A DNA stretch of 54,164 nucleotides, filler included, from Basidioascus undulatus (Eukaryota), in assembly GCA_000826855.1 (NCBI GenBank). It is 4 parts of 4 records of this genome, joined end to end, with 100 filler letters (N's around TTAATTAATTAA, not from the genome) between each part and the next. Parts side by side here need not be neighbours in the genome. Positions count along the whole stretch, not along the records: positions 1 to 13,496 come from JTLS01000810.1; positions 13,597 to 27,071 come from JTLS01000811.1; 2 more parts are not named here. One strand, given 5' to 3'. Numbering within the stretch: position 1 is the first letter of the stretch; every line of letters begins with the position of its first letter. The notes under the pieces were generated by a model. That model did not search any database, was not told where the DNA came from, and saw only the letters and a list, made by a program, of their open reading frames with translations. Positions 1-15,758 of the stretch are shown piece by piece. Both the position numbers and the translations under genes were made by a program.

Positions 1-1951
1 GTCTAGCCGGGTGTGGCTTGCTTGGGGAAAGACGTGACTAACATGACTCGCTGTTCGTCTCTTGTCCTGCTGACATGCCACACCCATCCGACCTCAAAAG
101 CTCCACTAGATCTTAAATTTGGTTGGTATTTCAGGTATGTCGAGCAGGTAGGGACGCCAATCCCCTAGATTTCTTGGCGGTGCAGCATGCGTTGCGCAGT
201 GAAACAAACCTACAGCTTTCTCCCGTTCTTTCGTGAGAATGAAGCTGTCACCCCACCGTCACATATGTTTTTCTATACCAGATGCGCTGAACAAATCTCA
301 TCATATGGACGGTGTTTCCATAGAACCAACCGATCTAGCAGTCTACCGACATGCCGTGCTATTACAAAACGGGTGCAGAGACGTCCGTGGCTGCATTTGA
401 AACGAAGGTTTTGCACATCGGAGATTTTGGATTAGAGCTGCTGAAGACTGATCTGGAACATCGCAACAGCTGCCCTCTGATACAGCAGACAAGAGGGTCG
501 CTATAGCCGAACTGCTCGCTTGAATCATTCTTTAGCGAGCACCGCTTACATGGCATCCCGGCATGCGATCTTACAGAACCTTCCCATTCATTTAAATCCA
601 TAAGATAAAGAAAGCTCTGAGAGAACTCATTCTATTAGTGGGATGCAGGCAGGGGTCAATGTGAGGTGTGGTAGAGCGGAGTTGTGATGATGACAAGAAG
701 GAATAGGTTGGCGCCGCCAGGCAGATTTTCGGCTATCTCTGGGTTGTTTATCAGTTTTAATGGCCCGCTAGGTGGGACTCTGGTGTCGATCCTCAAAGGA
801 GAAGAGCACAGACCTCCGGCCTGCATACATCATGGTACAACCGTCACGCGCAGGTGTCGCAAGCGCACAGCTCGCCAGCTGCAAGCTGAGGTCTACGGCG
901 CAAACCTCTCCAAGGCGTCTGTGAACCGTGCAGCGCCGTCTCAAGTGTCAACAAAATTCTTCCATGGATTTTTTAACTGCCGAGACCTAAAACAGCCTGT
1001 TGAAGGTACGGGGCCGTGTCCGTTCGCACACGCCCACGACACACAAACACGCACACCCAAAGATATAAAGCGTAAAGACCGTAAAGGCCCGAAGGCCCAG
1101 GGAACGACAAATGAATATAACACAAGAAGCCGTCCACAAGCTCGGGGTAGGGCTCGGGCTCAGGAGAAGTACGCCTGGACGTTGCGGAGCGCGCGGGCGT
1201 GCGAGTGCTGGAAGAAACGCGTCGCGGCGCGGACGTCGTCGACGCACCCCGAGACGTCCCAGGTCACAATCGGACGGCAGGTGAAGGAGTGACAAAGATT
1301 GAACGGACGACGACGACCATGAGGCTGGGATGGATGAGAGAAGAAGAAGAAGAAGGGGGAGACAGAGCTGGAACATCAGGTACTTGTACCTCTCCCGCCC
1401 TCGGTGTGACGTCCCGTCAGCGCCATCGAGAGCGGCACCTGAAAGATCGCGGATGCGTGAGGAGCTGCTGGTGCGGGCGAGACATGAGCAGCCTGCGAAA
1501 GGCAAATCAGGTGAGGGCGAGGAGGGTGAGACAGGTGAAAGACAAGGTACGATCCCGAATCCGGCCTCGAGTCGATCGAAGGCGCCTGGACACGCCCCCA
1601 CCGCCACTCAGCTTCGAATTCCCCGTCAATATTCTTGATCATCGCAGGCCCGTTGCGGGAGAGGTATTTTTTGCAGGTCTGTGGCGATACATATGGGGTT
1701 TGAGGAGATGAAGGTGGAAGAAGAAGGAGGCGAGAAGGCGAGGAGGCCGGATGTGGGCGGGCTTTATTGGGCACGTGTCAGGCACCGATCGAGGCGCGGA
1801 GTAAGACCTTGTACTCGGAGTCTCTGATTCAATCGCAGTGCTTGAAGCTTGAAGATAACACTCATTGCAGGTTCAGCTTGACTTCTCTTGATTCCATGCT
1901 AGACGTTCCATGGTACGATATGCATGGTTAGTCTATTTATTGAGATATCAC

Positions 1952-2033
1952 TCTTTGGTAGTATAGTGGCTAGTATATCCGCTTGTCATTCATGTGATCG
2001 CGGGCGACCCGGGTTCAATTCCCGGCCAGAGAG
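1952..2033 (+). tRNA. tRNA-Asp(GTC) with 10-nt intron (1989-1998)
   Basis: Acceptor stem TCTTTGG/CCAGAGA plus discriminator G, D-arm GTAT-AGTGGCTA-GTAT, anticodon arm TCCGC-TT-GTC-A-[ttcatgtgat]-C-GCGGG, T-arm CCGGG-TTCAATT-CCCGG. An oligo-T Pol III terminator follows at about 2042-2048. Confidence 0.95.
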
Positions 2034-2648
2034 AGTTTCTCTTTTTTGTCTCTTGCCGTCCCTGGATCTGCAACCATAGTAAACTGTTAACGCTTTTCCC
2101 CATGTAACTCTCATACCAGGGCGCAAGGTGTTTGCAATGCCCGGCATGGGAGAGCAAGCGTTCTGGGGGCTTCCACATTCAATGCCTCTGGAATTGGACG
2201 AGCGTGCCCTTGTCTCGGGCGTAATCCACAATGCTGTCCATTACTATTGAGCTTGGCAGAAATTCTCCGTTGAGTGCCGCTGTGGGCGATCAGGTGGCAC
2301 CGGTTGTTGGTCAAGCTCCGGGGTCAACAGTTGTTTCAATGGTGCTGAATCCTCAGTTCCGCAAAGTAATGTGTTGTCAAATATCCAGGTCATTAGCGAC
2401 AATTGTTTAGTGGGGCCGTCTTCATGCGATGGAGCTACCGACTGGGCTTCGTCAAAATCCACTTTTCATGACTTCGCGTTGCGAGACAAGCGAGAGAGTG
2501 AATAGCAACAGAGCACCATGCACAGGGAATGCGACTAAAATGTTCCTTGTTATTGCCACATTAAATCTCCCAAATAACTTCTGCGCACTGCAATGTGTTC
2601 GACCTTCCCCCGCAACAACATCAACAGCAGGCACCACAAAGCCACCCA

Positions 2649-3600
2649 TCAACGCTCGCCCTCAGCCCCCAACTCACAGATGGTGCCGTCCGCAAGACAG
2701 TTATCAAGCCAGTTACTGTCAGCAGCTGCTATGATCTTTACCGCCGCATGCTTGAGTTCGCTGAGAATAGGGCGCTTGAGCAGTTCGAAGTCGGCTTTGA
2801 GCGTGTGAGTCAGTCGACTCGGAAATGACAACAAAAATGACACGTCGCAGAGCAGGCTCTCAAGAAATCGTTGGATATCATGGGTCGGAGATCCGTCCAT
2901 CTCCCAGGTCCACACCACAATCATTGCAACATGCGATAGATATGGCATCGCGAGGAGGTCGTCGACCTGGAGGGAGTGTTACCAAAAAGCCAGACGTGTA
3001 AGCTCGCGGCCAGCAATGGCACAAGACCACGAGGAACAACCAGGGTTATACAAACAACCTCTTTGAAACTGATGGTACTCTTTTTTAGGTCATGAAGAGC
3101 TTCATCAACGGTGCCGGAGCATGTTGCCGGGCAGTGAAAAGCGCTCGAGAGTCCGTGCATGAATGCTCAAGGTCCTGACCACAGTGCTGAGAACAAGATG
3201 TGCCTCGTGCTTGGCCCCGTTCTCAGAGACATACTCATAAGGCAGGAAGATTGACCTAAAGCGGAGCAGGTCAGGCTTCGGCTTCATGGAACGATCGAAG
3301 CGTTCGAAGGTCTGCCAGCTGCGACCATCGGAGAGCTCGACCATGGAAAAGTCAATCGAGGCATATAGCTTTGGGTGTGCGAGTCCTTTGACGGCTTGAG
3401 AGACGAGGCAGAGAGAGGCCAGCGTCGCAAAGCGAAGCAGAGTCGTAGCCGTAAGCATGCGGGTGACACCGGGTGGCGACCGCGTCGACGATGAGTCCGA
3501 GGTCGTCGAGGCAGAGCTGGGGACCAGGCATCGTCGAAGGAGTGCGGATACGGAAGTTCTTTGAGAAAAATCTGGGTGGAGTTCAGCAATGGCGGTTGCG
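2649..3600 (-). pseudogene. Frameshifted F-box-like/LRR-like gene, apparently intronless
   Basis: The motif ATLASLCLVSQAVKGLAHPKLYASI in ORF 3105-3881 resembles the F-box-like N-termini of basidiomycete proteins. Coding-like sequence continues in two further ORF segments (2921-3160, 2649-2948) and ends WLDNCLADGTICEL. No clear ATG. Confidence 0.5.
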
Positions 3601-6131
3601 GAAGAGCTGGCTGGGCCTCTGGCTGGTCGTGGTGGTGAAGAGACGGAGAGCGGAGGGAGGGGGCGACGGCCCTTTCGTATGTCCGTTATGGCAGCTTGTT
3701 TTTGAGTTCCGGATTCCGTTGAACATTCTGGATAGTACTCGCGTTCAAATCCTTTGCCTATGGTACGATGCGACCGCTTCCAAGGATTGTGTCGTCTACC
3801 ACACAGCCTGAGCCAAAAACTACGTTTGGTGCGCTGCCACATGAAAGCACACAGCTCGGCTGGAATGCGCTGGGTCGCCAAAAACGACGTGTGGCTAGTC
3901 CGACAGTGGCGGGCATAAAAGGCGGTCCAGAGGTCGGCGCTGGTCCGGTCGGAGGAAAATTGTTAGGGGAAGTGTACAAGAGAAAAACAGGCATAGTTAT
4001 TCTTATTAATGATTCTTGGTGATGCAGCTATGGCCCGATAGTGGGCCGTAAGGCCGTCATGATGTAGCAGTGTCTACGCACGAAGTGCGAGCGACTGCGT
4101 TGTCGACTTTCCTGGTTTGAATTGCAGAGGTAGCGAATGGTTGGAGCATGCGCAAGCCCACTTTCTTTGGTTTGAAGGGGACGTGTAGACACCCATGCAC
4201 AATGCGGTAGCTGATGATGGTCCCTCAATTTCACCCTCCGCCTGCCGAGTTACTATCTCCAGCGTGAAGCGCTTTGAAGGTATCGGCCGCTAAGTTCTGA
4301 AGCGCGATTGCACTGAGGTGTACTACACAAGCCCTACACTTCTGGAACTGACATTTCTCGACACCTCTTCTGCTTGCGGGCGAGCGACAGCAGGCAACTG
4401 TCCTCCAACCGTCCCGCACTGCATAAGCCGCAGCGCGGGATGTCTGGAGACTGTAAATCTATCGTCTTGCTTCGAGGGAAGAGTTTTATTACACGCCCTT
4501 TTAGGGCAGTAGCCCCGACACCGACGCAATTCTGAAAGTGTGGCGCCCCTTCCCTGGAAGCAGGCTCGGGACATTCAATTAATTTCCATGAAACCTAAAA
4601 CGTGGGAAGGAAAAAATAATCGCTTTCCCGTGCTCTTGTCGGCCCGTTCGGGATCGGGGTCTGCGCTTGCGTGTTCCTGTGGCTGCCGGTCGCAAGGCTT
4701 TGACGTGAGAGGCTCTGAAGGCTTTGACCACAAAAGCTTTGCTCGGTGATTTTCCTGCAGCTATTTTTAGGCCCTCGGATGGTATGGCTTCTTGTACTAG
4801 GGCCCCGTTTCCGATGCAACGTTGGCTCTTGTAGCTGACCTCGAATCCGGTGCCGCACCGCACCGCATGCGCCGATGCAGCGGCTGCAGCTCGTTCTTGC
4901 CAGGTCCTCAAAGCAGAGGAAATCCAGAATGACAAAGCTGCACTTTATTTACATTCTTTTTGCTGTCGATTCATTCAAAATGCTGGAAGCTGTTCCTCTG
5001 GGCGACGTACTATTGGGAAAGGGTGCACATCCACGCGTTGCGATCCTGCCATAAGCCGTTGACACTGTAATCTGCATTGCTCCCAGTCTCAAAACCGATT
5101 GCTCCATCCTCCTCACGGTTTCGCCTAACTGCTACTCAGTGTTCATCTTTCTTGCCTAGGCGTACTCGACGTCATCACGCCGCTGTAGGCTCGAACATCC
5201 GGCCTCGGCCCGCAGCCACCCGGGTTGCTGTTACCAAATGTGTCAACAGGATTGTCTTTGAACGTACAGAAGAGGACCCTTGGCCAGAGAGGTAAAAGGC
5301 CAGGGGAACACACGGAGGCAGTCGTATCGGCGCATGGATGTGGTCGTCTGCACACTTCGAGGTAGTCCAGGGGCCATGGTCGCACAGACCGCACCACAGC
5401 GCACCCGAATCGAAGAGCATGCGTCGACGCTATCGACATTCATAGCAGCCATGGAGAATGCGGCGCGAAAGGCGGAAGGGACAAGGCAGAGCGGAGAGCC
5501 TCGAGAATACGGCCCAAGGGCTCCTGTCCTCTGACACGGTTGGCAGAGTTCCACCGCACCCTGTGCGCGTTCAACGCGCGCCCAGGAAATATGGCAAAGA
5601 AAAGGCACAGGGAAAATGAAAGAGAATACAAAGCGTCAGCAGACGGGCAGACAAGTCTCGAGCGTTGGACGAGGAGGGTCGGACGCAAGGTCGTGCGTGC
5701 AGGGGTGCGACTAGGGGCCAGCGACGAGTGCGCAATGCCATCGTTGGCCGTCGTCAAGAGGGTACGCTTCAAAAGGCGCTTCGAGACTAGGGCAGACGGT
5801 CAAAGTAACGATATTGCCGTCGACCGTAGCGAGATCAAGAGACTCACGCAGGCGCGCGTAAAGGACCAGTGGGGACAGGCAGAATTCACGTCGAGGGCGT
5901 AGTTCACACAAACGAGGCACACGGTTGAAGCTCATGGTCATGCATTCATCACACCATGTCGACAGATAAAAAGGAAATGGTTTGCCAAGTGGCGGGCCCT
6001 GAACGGTACGCGAGGGACGGCGCGGTGGGAAGTGAGGTCATGCGGATATGCTAGGAATGCAGGGGTACAAGAGAGTGCAAGAGAGCCGGAAAGAAGGAAT
6101 GAATAACGTCCGCGGGATCGGGGCGAGCCGT

Positions 6132-8448
<2,317 letters not shown>

Positions 8449-9457
8449 AGTATAGAAGATGCGAGGCGGTACGAAAGCGAGGGTGGGAAGAAAGAGGAGG
8501 TGGGAGACGAGGGAAAGGGAAAGGTGCGCCTGCGCGCGCCCCCAAAAAGGCTGAGCAGCTTTACTTTAGGGCCGGTTCTTTGCAACTGTATCCTTGCAAA
8601 ATCCCCCAACCGGCGAGCCAGAAGCGCCTACCCCGCATTTTTATCCATCACCCTTCACACCCCTTCACGGACATCACATGCAGGAATTTTGCAGTCTGGC
8701 GGCCGGACGTGAGCGTCGTCTTCTGCGACTGTGGCAACACTCTCGCTGCTTCCACACACTTTCTTTATATTTCCTAAATGTTTCAATCATATAGAACATG
8801 AATTTTCAGACAGAGTGCGGCGAGTGCTGTGGTTCGCCATAGGTGAGGGAGCAGCCTGACCCCTGCATCCGACCGTCTTCGCGTGTCGCTGTATGCTGCC
8901 CCTCAGGCGTTTCCCTCCGGTCCAGCCAATCCGATACACACTCCAGACGCGCTTCAGACGCGCCGGTCGGCTCACGCCCGCCAATGATCACATCCGTCGA
9001 ATACGCATCACTCAACCGACGTCTTCTTCAGCATGTCTGTCCGAGCGCTCCGCACCGCCTGTGTGATTGCCATGGACTGTCCGATTGAGACACGAGTCCA
9101 CGACGCTTTGGCTTGCAGTATTGCGCAACGACAGCTCGGTATGAAGTGTCCGTTGAAAGTACCCTAAGCCTCGTATCGCTCAACCCACAACCGTGCTTGT
9201 GAATACCTGGTGCACCGTGAGATAAATGTCAGAACCTGAGAAGTCCAGGTAGTAACTTTCGAAATCTATACCAGGTTCAAATGTGTGCGATTAACCCGCT
9301 TTTCTGGACTGCACTCCCGTCAAGAGTGGACACTCAATGGTGCAAACTAGCGTGCAACCTGGAGTTATTAGCTCAGTATCAACAATTGAATATATTCTCA
9401 GTGAGAAAAATATCCAGATTCATCGTCTTCGAGATTGGCCTCCTGGCGCAGGACTGA

Positions 9458-9560
9458 GAGCGTCTTCTGAGCGTCTTCTTTTTGAGCGTCTTCTGAGCGT
9501 CTTCTTTTTAAGCGTCTTCTGAGCGTCTTCTTTTTAAGCGTCTTCCATCGCGCGTCTTCT
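9458..9560. repeat. Minisatellite of 11-nt units (G/A)AGCGTCTTCT arranged as 26-nt higher-order units
   Basis: Units start at 9458, 9469, 9484, 9495, 9510, 9521 and 9536, with a degenerate one at 9550. A TTTT spacer follows every second unit. Confidence 0.9.
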
Positions 9561-12500
9561 ATTGCACATGCCTAACGAGCGCTGTCCAAGACTTCGAAGG
9601 GATATTGAAGCCCACATTCTACAAATCTGCCTGGAAGATAGAAATCTCCCGCTTCTGGCATTTTCACCCGAGGTGTCTTCCATGAGTGACGATGGGCTGC
9701 TCTGAGCATCCATCTGAGCGTCTTTCATCGCGCCTGGCTAACGCGCGTTATTCAGAACTCCTAGGAGACTTAGGGTTCCTGCTTAGCTTTCCTACTGGAT
9801 TGAATGTGTTTTACATCCCAGTCGAGCAGTTTCTGCTCAGCACCGTGTGCTGTCCGGCTTCTGAGGGGTGTAGATGTCCGGAGGACTGTATGGTGACCTG
9901 CCTGGACAATGCTGCTCTGCCAGGGCCCACTGTCTGAGAGACTTTCTACTTGTATAATCCTCAGAAAAACTTAGTGCGAGATACATTATGATAGCGGCGG
10001 AAGAACAACTGTCCACTAGGTACGTTACGCCGACTGCAAGACTGAGTCCGCCATGTCCGAGCGGATTGCACCTACACTTGGCAGCCTTGCTGGATCGCAA
10101 ATAATCTGGATAGACTTCCGGGGCCATCCCACCATCCCAGTACATATCGAGCACCTGTAGTCAGCCCAGCCTCAAGGGTTGCGGACAATGGTCTGCATCG
10201 GTCTGTGAACTTGCAAGCACTGACTGACGCTGAGCATTTCGTGTCAAAGCGTACCAATCTCAATAAGCTTTGTATTTTCGGAAATTATTGGTTTAAAAAT
10301 GTATCCATGGGGAAGGAGGCAACGCGCGTTCATGGCACTGCACCCAACTGATTGATCTGCAGTGCCCACGCACGCACACATTCAGCCAACATCAAGATTG
10401 TATATGATGAGGAAGATCATTCTGATACTATTGGAAATAACACCCCGCAGGCCATCAGAGGATTACGAGTTCTGGTCCATCACCATATCGGAGGACAGTC
10501 CGGCGTCTTCCTCCTGGGTGCCTGCGCGCCGCAAGGTCCTCTCCTGCAGATCGGCTGTTGACTGTCTCGATGATTATAATATAGTTATAAGCTTTGTGAT
10601 TGTGGATCTTGAAATAAACATCATCTCTTCTCTGATCGACTGTCCGCCCCGAAGCGTCTTACCGACCCGTGCTGCGGGTTCAGGCCTATCAATGTATGAA
10701 CAGCTTTGAGACGGTGGGCACAAACACCTGGTGATTTTGGGCAAGGAACTAAAACTCAAATAGCATGTGGGTTGGTCGACTACCGGTTGTAGCCTGTACA
10801 TACCCTGGCAGCAGCTCGAGCACTCACCGCGCCCGACGCCCGAAGGAAGACGCATGGTTCCAGAAGCTCGGCATGTCTTGGACTGTGCCCTCACTTGGGA
10901 ATTATTCCAAGCATGAAAAGAGGTGGGGTAGGTCTATTGAAAATCTGAGCCATTTTCGCTCTCATCAGGAGCCTGCGGGGTTATCGGGGCTGGGAAGCCA
11001 ACAGCCGTGATGAAGCGTGGACTACGTAGCATGTTTGGGTCCGTGGAACATGTCATTTCCCCGAAATGGACCTCTACAGGAACAGATGGAGCACGTAAAA
11101 TGACCAGGTTACTGTCGAGAGCGTGGGACCGGACAGTCGGGCGCATAAGTGGACTGAACGTAGAGGGACACTGACCAGCAGGGGGCACTCAGTGAGCTGT
11201 AAATTTTGAGATTGATATTGAGATAGATATTTCGGGGGCATCTGACAGGTGCATATCATTCATCAACAAGCGGGAGTTCGCAGGGGCGTGCTGTACTGAC
11301 AGCTTTTCAAATGCGACGACTTCGCAATGCCCAAGCCGCATACGCAACGAGCTCGAGTGATTGGTCAACTAAGAGCCCTAGGAGTTAGTCTCACTGGAAT
11401 ATATTAGCTCAACGTCATCAGCCAGTCTTGATTCACCCGTTCGACCTCTCCGGTGTGAATTCTTTGCCCGGCCGGGAACGAGAGAAAGCTGTTCCCGGTT
11501 TGATATGTTCTTCAGCGTTTAATTCTTGTAAATGAGAGTCACGGGAGCTGTTTCCGGATTTTCACTCAAACTCAAAAGAAAGTGAAAGTCAACCAGGGAA
11601 GTTGAATGAGCCTGGACCTGAACGATGTTACTTAGTCGGCGTAGACAGTAAGGCCAGGCACTTAACGGATTTCTGAGCATCGCACCGGCAGGGCGGCTTA
11701 CGGTGGCTTGCTCTTCAAGTGGTTATTTTGAGTCTAGACAAGACCAACAAGGTGTGGGAAGCCGGTGCACGCAGATCCGCTGCTAACGTCTCCGACGAAG
11801 TTTGCTGCATGCATGTGGTGCCAGGCATTTCTATTACGAGGTGGTGTGTTTTGGTACTTGGGTACCATAAGGAACATTATAAATTCCCTATTCCCTCACA
11901 AGTGTCGCTGATATTGATACTTGTAACTGTAAGAAGCAGTGGCTGGCAGGGCCTTGCGACCACCGAGTGCAAGTGCATTTTTCGGCTCGATTTCGACAGC
12001 TCAGCTGGAAGTCCGCGATGATTTCTACTGCCGAAAGATATGCAGAGTTTATACTCATTCTCTCTGGCACTCTTCATTCAGAGCGAGAGGAACACAGGGC
12101 GCTGCTAGCGGTTGGCTGTCGGCCGAAAGAAGACGCACGCGCTGATCGCGCGGTGTGGTCAACGCTTCTTCTCTTGCTCCACATCCTCCGTACTTCGACT
12201 CATCATGAGCCGCCTCAGGCCCTTTATACCTTGCCTATAACCAATAGCGCAGCACCCAAAAGCTTTGAGCGCCACGAGGGGCGCGAACGGGCGCATACGC
12301 GCCATGAAGGACGCGATCTGACGCGTCTTCGCCAGCGCTGCTCGCGGCTACGATGAAGGGGTGGATGGGGATATGAATAAAAGGTGTGTCGTCTAAGTCC
12401 GCTAAAGCCCGCGGTTATTTCTGAAGGCTGAACACAGAGAGTGCTGACGTCCAGGAGAGCAGCGAGAAGACGTCCACCGTCGGAAGACGTATCAACTCGT

Positions 12501-13013
12501 CCGTTCTTGGGCTTAATCGTCGTTTCGGATGAGCTTGCTGATCGGCTACAGGTGGGCCGCATCCCTTATTTTGCAGCTAGCTCTTTGAAGGGTCAGGGAC
12601 TTCTCCCGGCGAACGGCACTCGTGCGGCTTCCAGGTAAGTGACTCGACCGTCCGACCGCGTCCAAACCAGCTTCCCTCTTGATTCCTGTCGAACGCGCTC
12701 ACCCCCTATTCAGACAACTGCAAATTTCAGAGTACCTTCACGTTAACGCGTTGTGCGTTGCGTTGCGGACTCGACCAGGCGCCGTTTGTCGGGCGCGAGC
12801 GGCGGTTGTCACTGTCTGCGTGTTAGGCGGGCCGCCCCTTCTGCGACATTCCTCCGCCAGAGCCGCACGTCCGCACCGCGTGCACACCTTCAAAAGCGTG
12901 AGGCGCTGCCAGAGAAAACTCCAGCAGCGCCTCTTCTTCGCCACCACCGCCCTCGAACTTCGTACTCGTCGAACACCGCACTCTACGCAACCACTCGAAT
13001 CCCCGCATCTACT

Positions 13014-13496
<483 letters not shown>

Positions 13497-13596
13497 NNNN
13501 NNNNNNNNNNNNNNNNNNNNNNNNNNNNNNNNNNNNNNNNTTAATTAATTAANNNNNNNNNNNNNNNNNNNNNNNNNNNNNNNNNNNNNNNNNNNN
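13497..13596. other. Artificial contig linker (N44-TTAATTAATTAA-N44)
   Basis: 100-nt spacer with stop codons in all six frames, identical at all three gaps. Confidence 0.99.
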
Positions 13597-13655
13597 GTCG
13601 AACCCGCAGCCTTGAGATTAAGAGTCTCACGCTCTACCGATTGAGCTAGCGAGGC
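13597..13655 (-). tRNA. tRNA-Lys(CTT), intronless, 3' end lost at contig edge
   Basis: The reverse strand reads GCCTCGC-TA-GCTC-AATCGGTA-GAGC-G-TGAGA-CT-CTT-AA-TCTCA-AGGCT-GCGGG-TTCGAC, then the gap. Confidence 0.93.
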
Positions 13656-14206
13656 TTGTTGCTTCTGCATTGGTTTTTCAAAATTCCACAAATCCTGAAC
13701 CGGCTGTCAAACAGCTTCTGTCTCTTCGCACTCGCTCTTTTCGAGGTTGAAACTTTACCGTACCAACGCTTTGATTAAACTCCTGGGGGTTAGCCTTGAG
13801 GGGGAGTTGCAGGCGTGCGAGCTAGCGGCTGCCACGGTGGCACCATGCTTCATGCTCAGAGCCATGGTATACGCGAATGCAACCGGTCATACAGCTGTTC
13901 TTCTAAACAGGCTCACAAGTCCTGGACCTCGCCATTTTTCTGTCCACAAGCTTTTCGAGGTACCGCCGCTGGTCATCATCACGCCCTTTCTATGATTCTT
14001 CCGTTTGAAAGGTCGGAACCTGTAGCGCACAAGTGGTGGTTCCAAATGTTGTTCTTCCGTTACCTTCCCGCTCGAGGCGTTTCATCCAGCACAGACAGAG
14101 AGCGGTCAAGAAGTCAATGGTGACAGCGCGGATACAAGTACAAGAATGGGCTTGATCAGATCAGCGAAACCAGAGCTGCAGGAAGCAGCCAAACCTTTTC
14201 GGGACC

Positions 14207-15002
14207 TCAGAAGGGGGGCGCGTGCTCGCGGCCCGGGTTCGAGGGGTGCGAGGAAAAGGGGAGCGACTTGATGACCTGGTCGACGACGAAAGGCTCCTTG
14301 GGGCTGCAAGCAGGATTTCAGTCTTCCAAACGCGAAGGGAACGCGCGACGTGAGAGAGACATACCTCTCGGAGCTCAGCAGGATCTCTGGAGACCGGCCA
14401 CCCAGTCAATACTTGTGCTACAGCGCGTTGAGGAGGGAGGATGAGACGCACCCCAGCGTGCCTCGAAACGGTCCGGCAGCGTGTCTTTCTTGCCCGTGGC
14501 GTTGTGCACAGTGAGCGTGATGAGGTCGCCCTCCTCCGCTACCTCCATGTCCTTGTGGCCCGCTTTGAAGATGCCCGAGGTCTGGGTGAAGCCGAGGAAG
14601 GCGATCTGGATGGTAATGTGGACGTCTTTGATCTTCCTGTGGCCGCCGCCGCTCCACATCAGCCCACCCTAGTCACACCAGCAGCTGGAGAGACCGGAAG
14701 AGGACTTACTCGTCTCCATCCTTGAACGCCTTGAGCACCTCCCTGACCCTGGCCAAGTCCACCGCCTGCACGGCGACGCGCTTGCCGTCCTCACCCTCGT
14801 ACGAGAGCGAGCGCAGGCCCGAGAGCGAGCCAACGCCGACGCTCATGCCCACTGGGGCGGCCTGGACGTTCGAGGTAGCGGGCTCAGGGAGGTTGGTGAT
14901 CTTGAAGGCTGCATCTGGCGATAGCGGGTTCGACAGGCGTCGGGGCGGAGACTGGCGAGGCGGAGGGACACCGACGCTGGGGGTCCTGGACATGGCCATC
15001 AT
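14207..15002 (-). CDS. Hypothetical protein (about 200 aa, 4 exons)
   Basis: TATAAAA at about 15093-15099. Exons 15002-14710, 14636-14452, a short exon (EILLSSE) and a last exon (PKEPFVVDQVIKSLPF...) splice in frame through GTAAGT/GTGCGT/GTATGT..CAG introns. Codon usage is gene-like. No recognised domain. Confidence 0.7.
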
Positions 15003-15758
15003 TGTTCGAGGGTAAGTGGGAAGATGTGGATTGTCGAGGGAAGTGTGTGTGCGCGTGAGGGGGAGACGATGGTGACCGTCCGAGGATGAGACTTTTATAG
15101 GACCGGCTGGAAGGCAAATACGAGGACGTGGACTGAGCCGCTCGCCCGAACAAACGTGTTTCGAGCCATGCGGCAACAGCCCTCCTCCGCTTGGAACGCA
15201 TTCACATGGCAACAGGGGATGTGCCAACTTCTCCAGACCTTTGCTTTCATTTCACGCTGTTACTTTCAAAATTAGAAGCATCCTCGCATATCTTCGAGGT
15301 CTTGGCACCCCCGTACCTTGTGTAGTTTCGCAGCGACCGAAGAAAAGCAAGTCGCCGCGCTGGATCCTCAATTCCCTTTCCACTCCTTAGACAGGAGACT
15401 AAATGAGTAGGTTTGAAGTAACGCTCCCCAGGCTGTGCTCTGGATTTTGGTGGGAAAAGAAGAACTACTGCTAAGCGACATGTGTTTTTCTCAAGGCTGC
15501 AGCCAGCCACTGCGGACAGATCTCCGGAATGCTTTCCACGTACTTTCCTTGGTCCCATGTCTGAAAAGTTGATTTGGGCGAAAGAAAGGCATACATTCAT
15601 CGTTAAAGTGAACGAGCGCTGCACAGCTAGTTGGATCTCGGGAACTAGACTCCAGACATAAGGTCCGCCTGCGCTTGTTGCTTCAAACCGAACTGAGAGA
15701 TACACTGACATATACGAAAACAAGGAATATATCATAGAAAGAATAATAGCAAATAAAG

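Noticed and set aside
684..1774. Overlapping ORFs of 130-206 aa and intron-like signals on the minus strand
   Set aside because: I could not build a consistent spliced frame or recognise a motif. It may be a relic, but that is unsupported.
4000..6100. Many 60-120 aa ORFs downstream of TEF1-A
   Set aside because: No domain similarity or codon bias. Such ORFs are expected by chance at this GC content.
9458..9560. CRISPR-like reading of the repeat array
   Set aside because: Units are 11 nt with no unique spacers, there are no cas genes, and the context is eukaryotic.
9600..12100. Possible transposon remnant between the TEF1 copies
   Set aside because: No transposase, RT or integrase motifs, and no terminal repeats or target-site duplication seen.
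13541..13552. TTAATTAATTAA palindrome recurring three times
   Set aside because: Synthetic six-frame stop linker, not biological.
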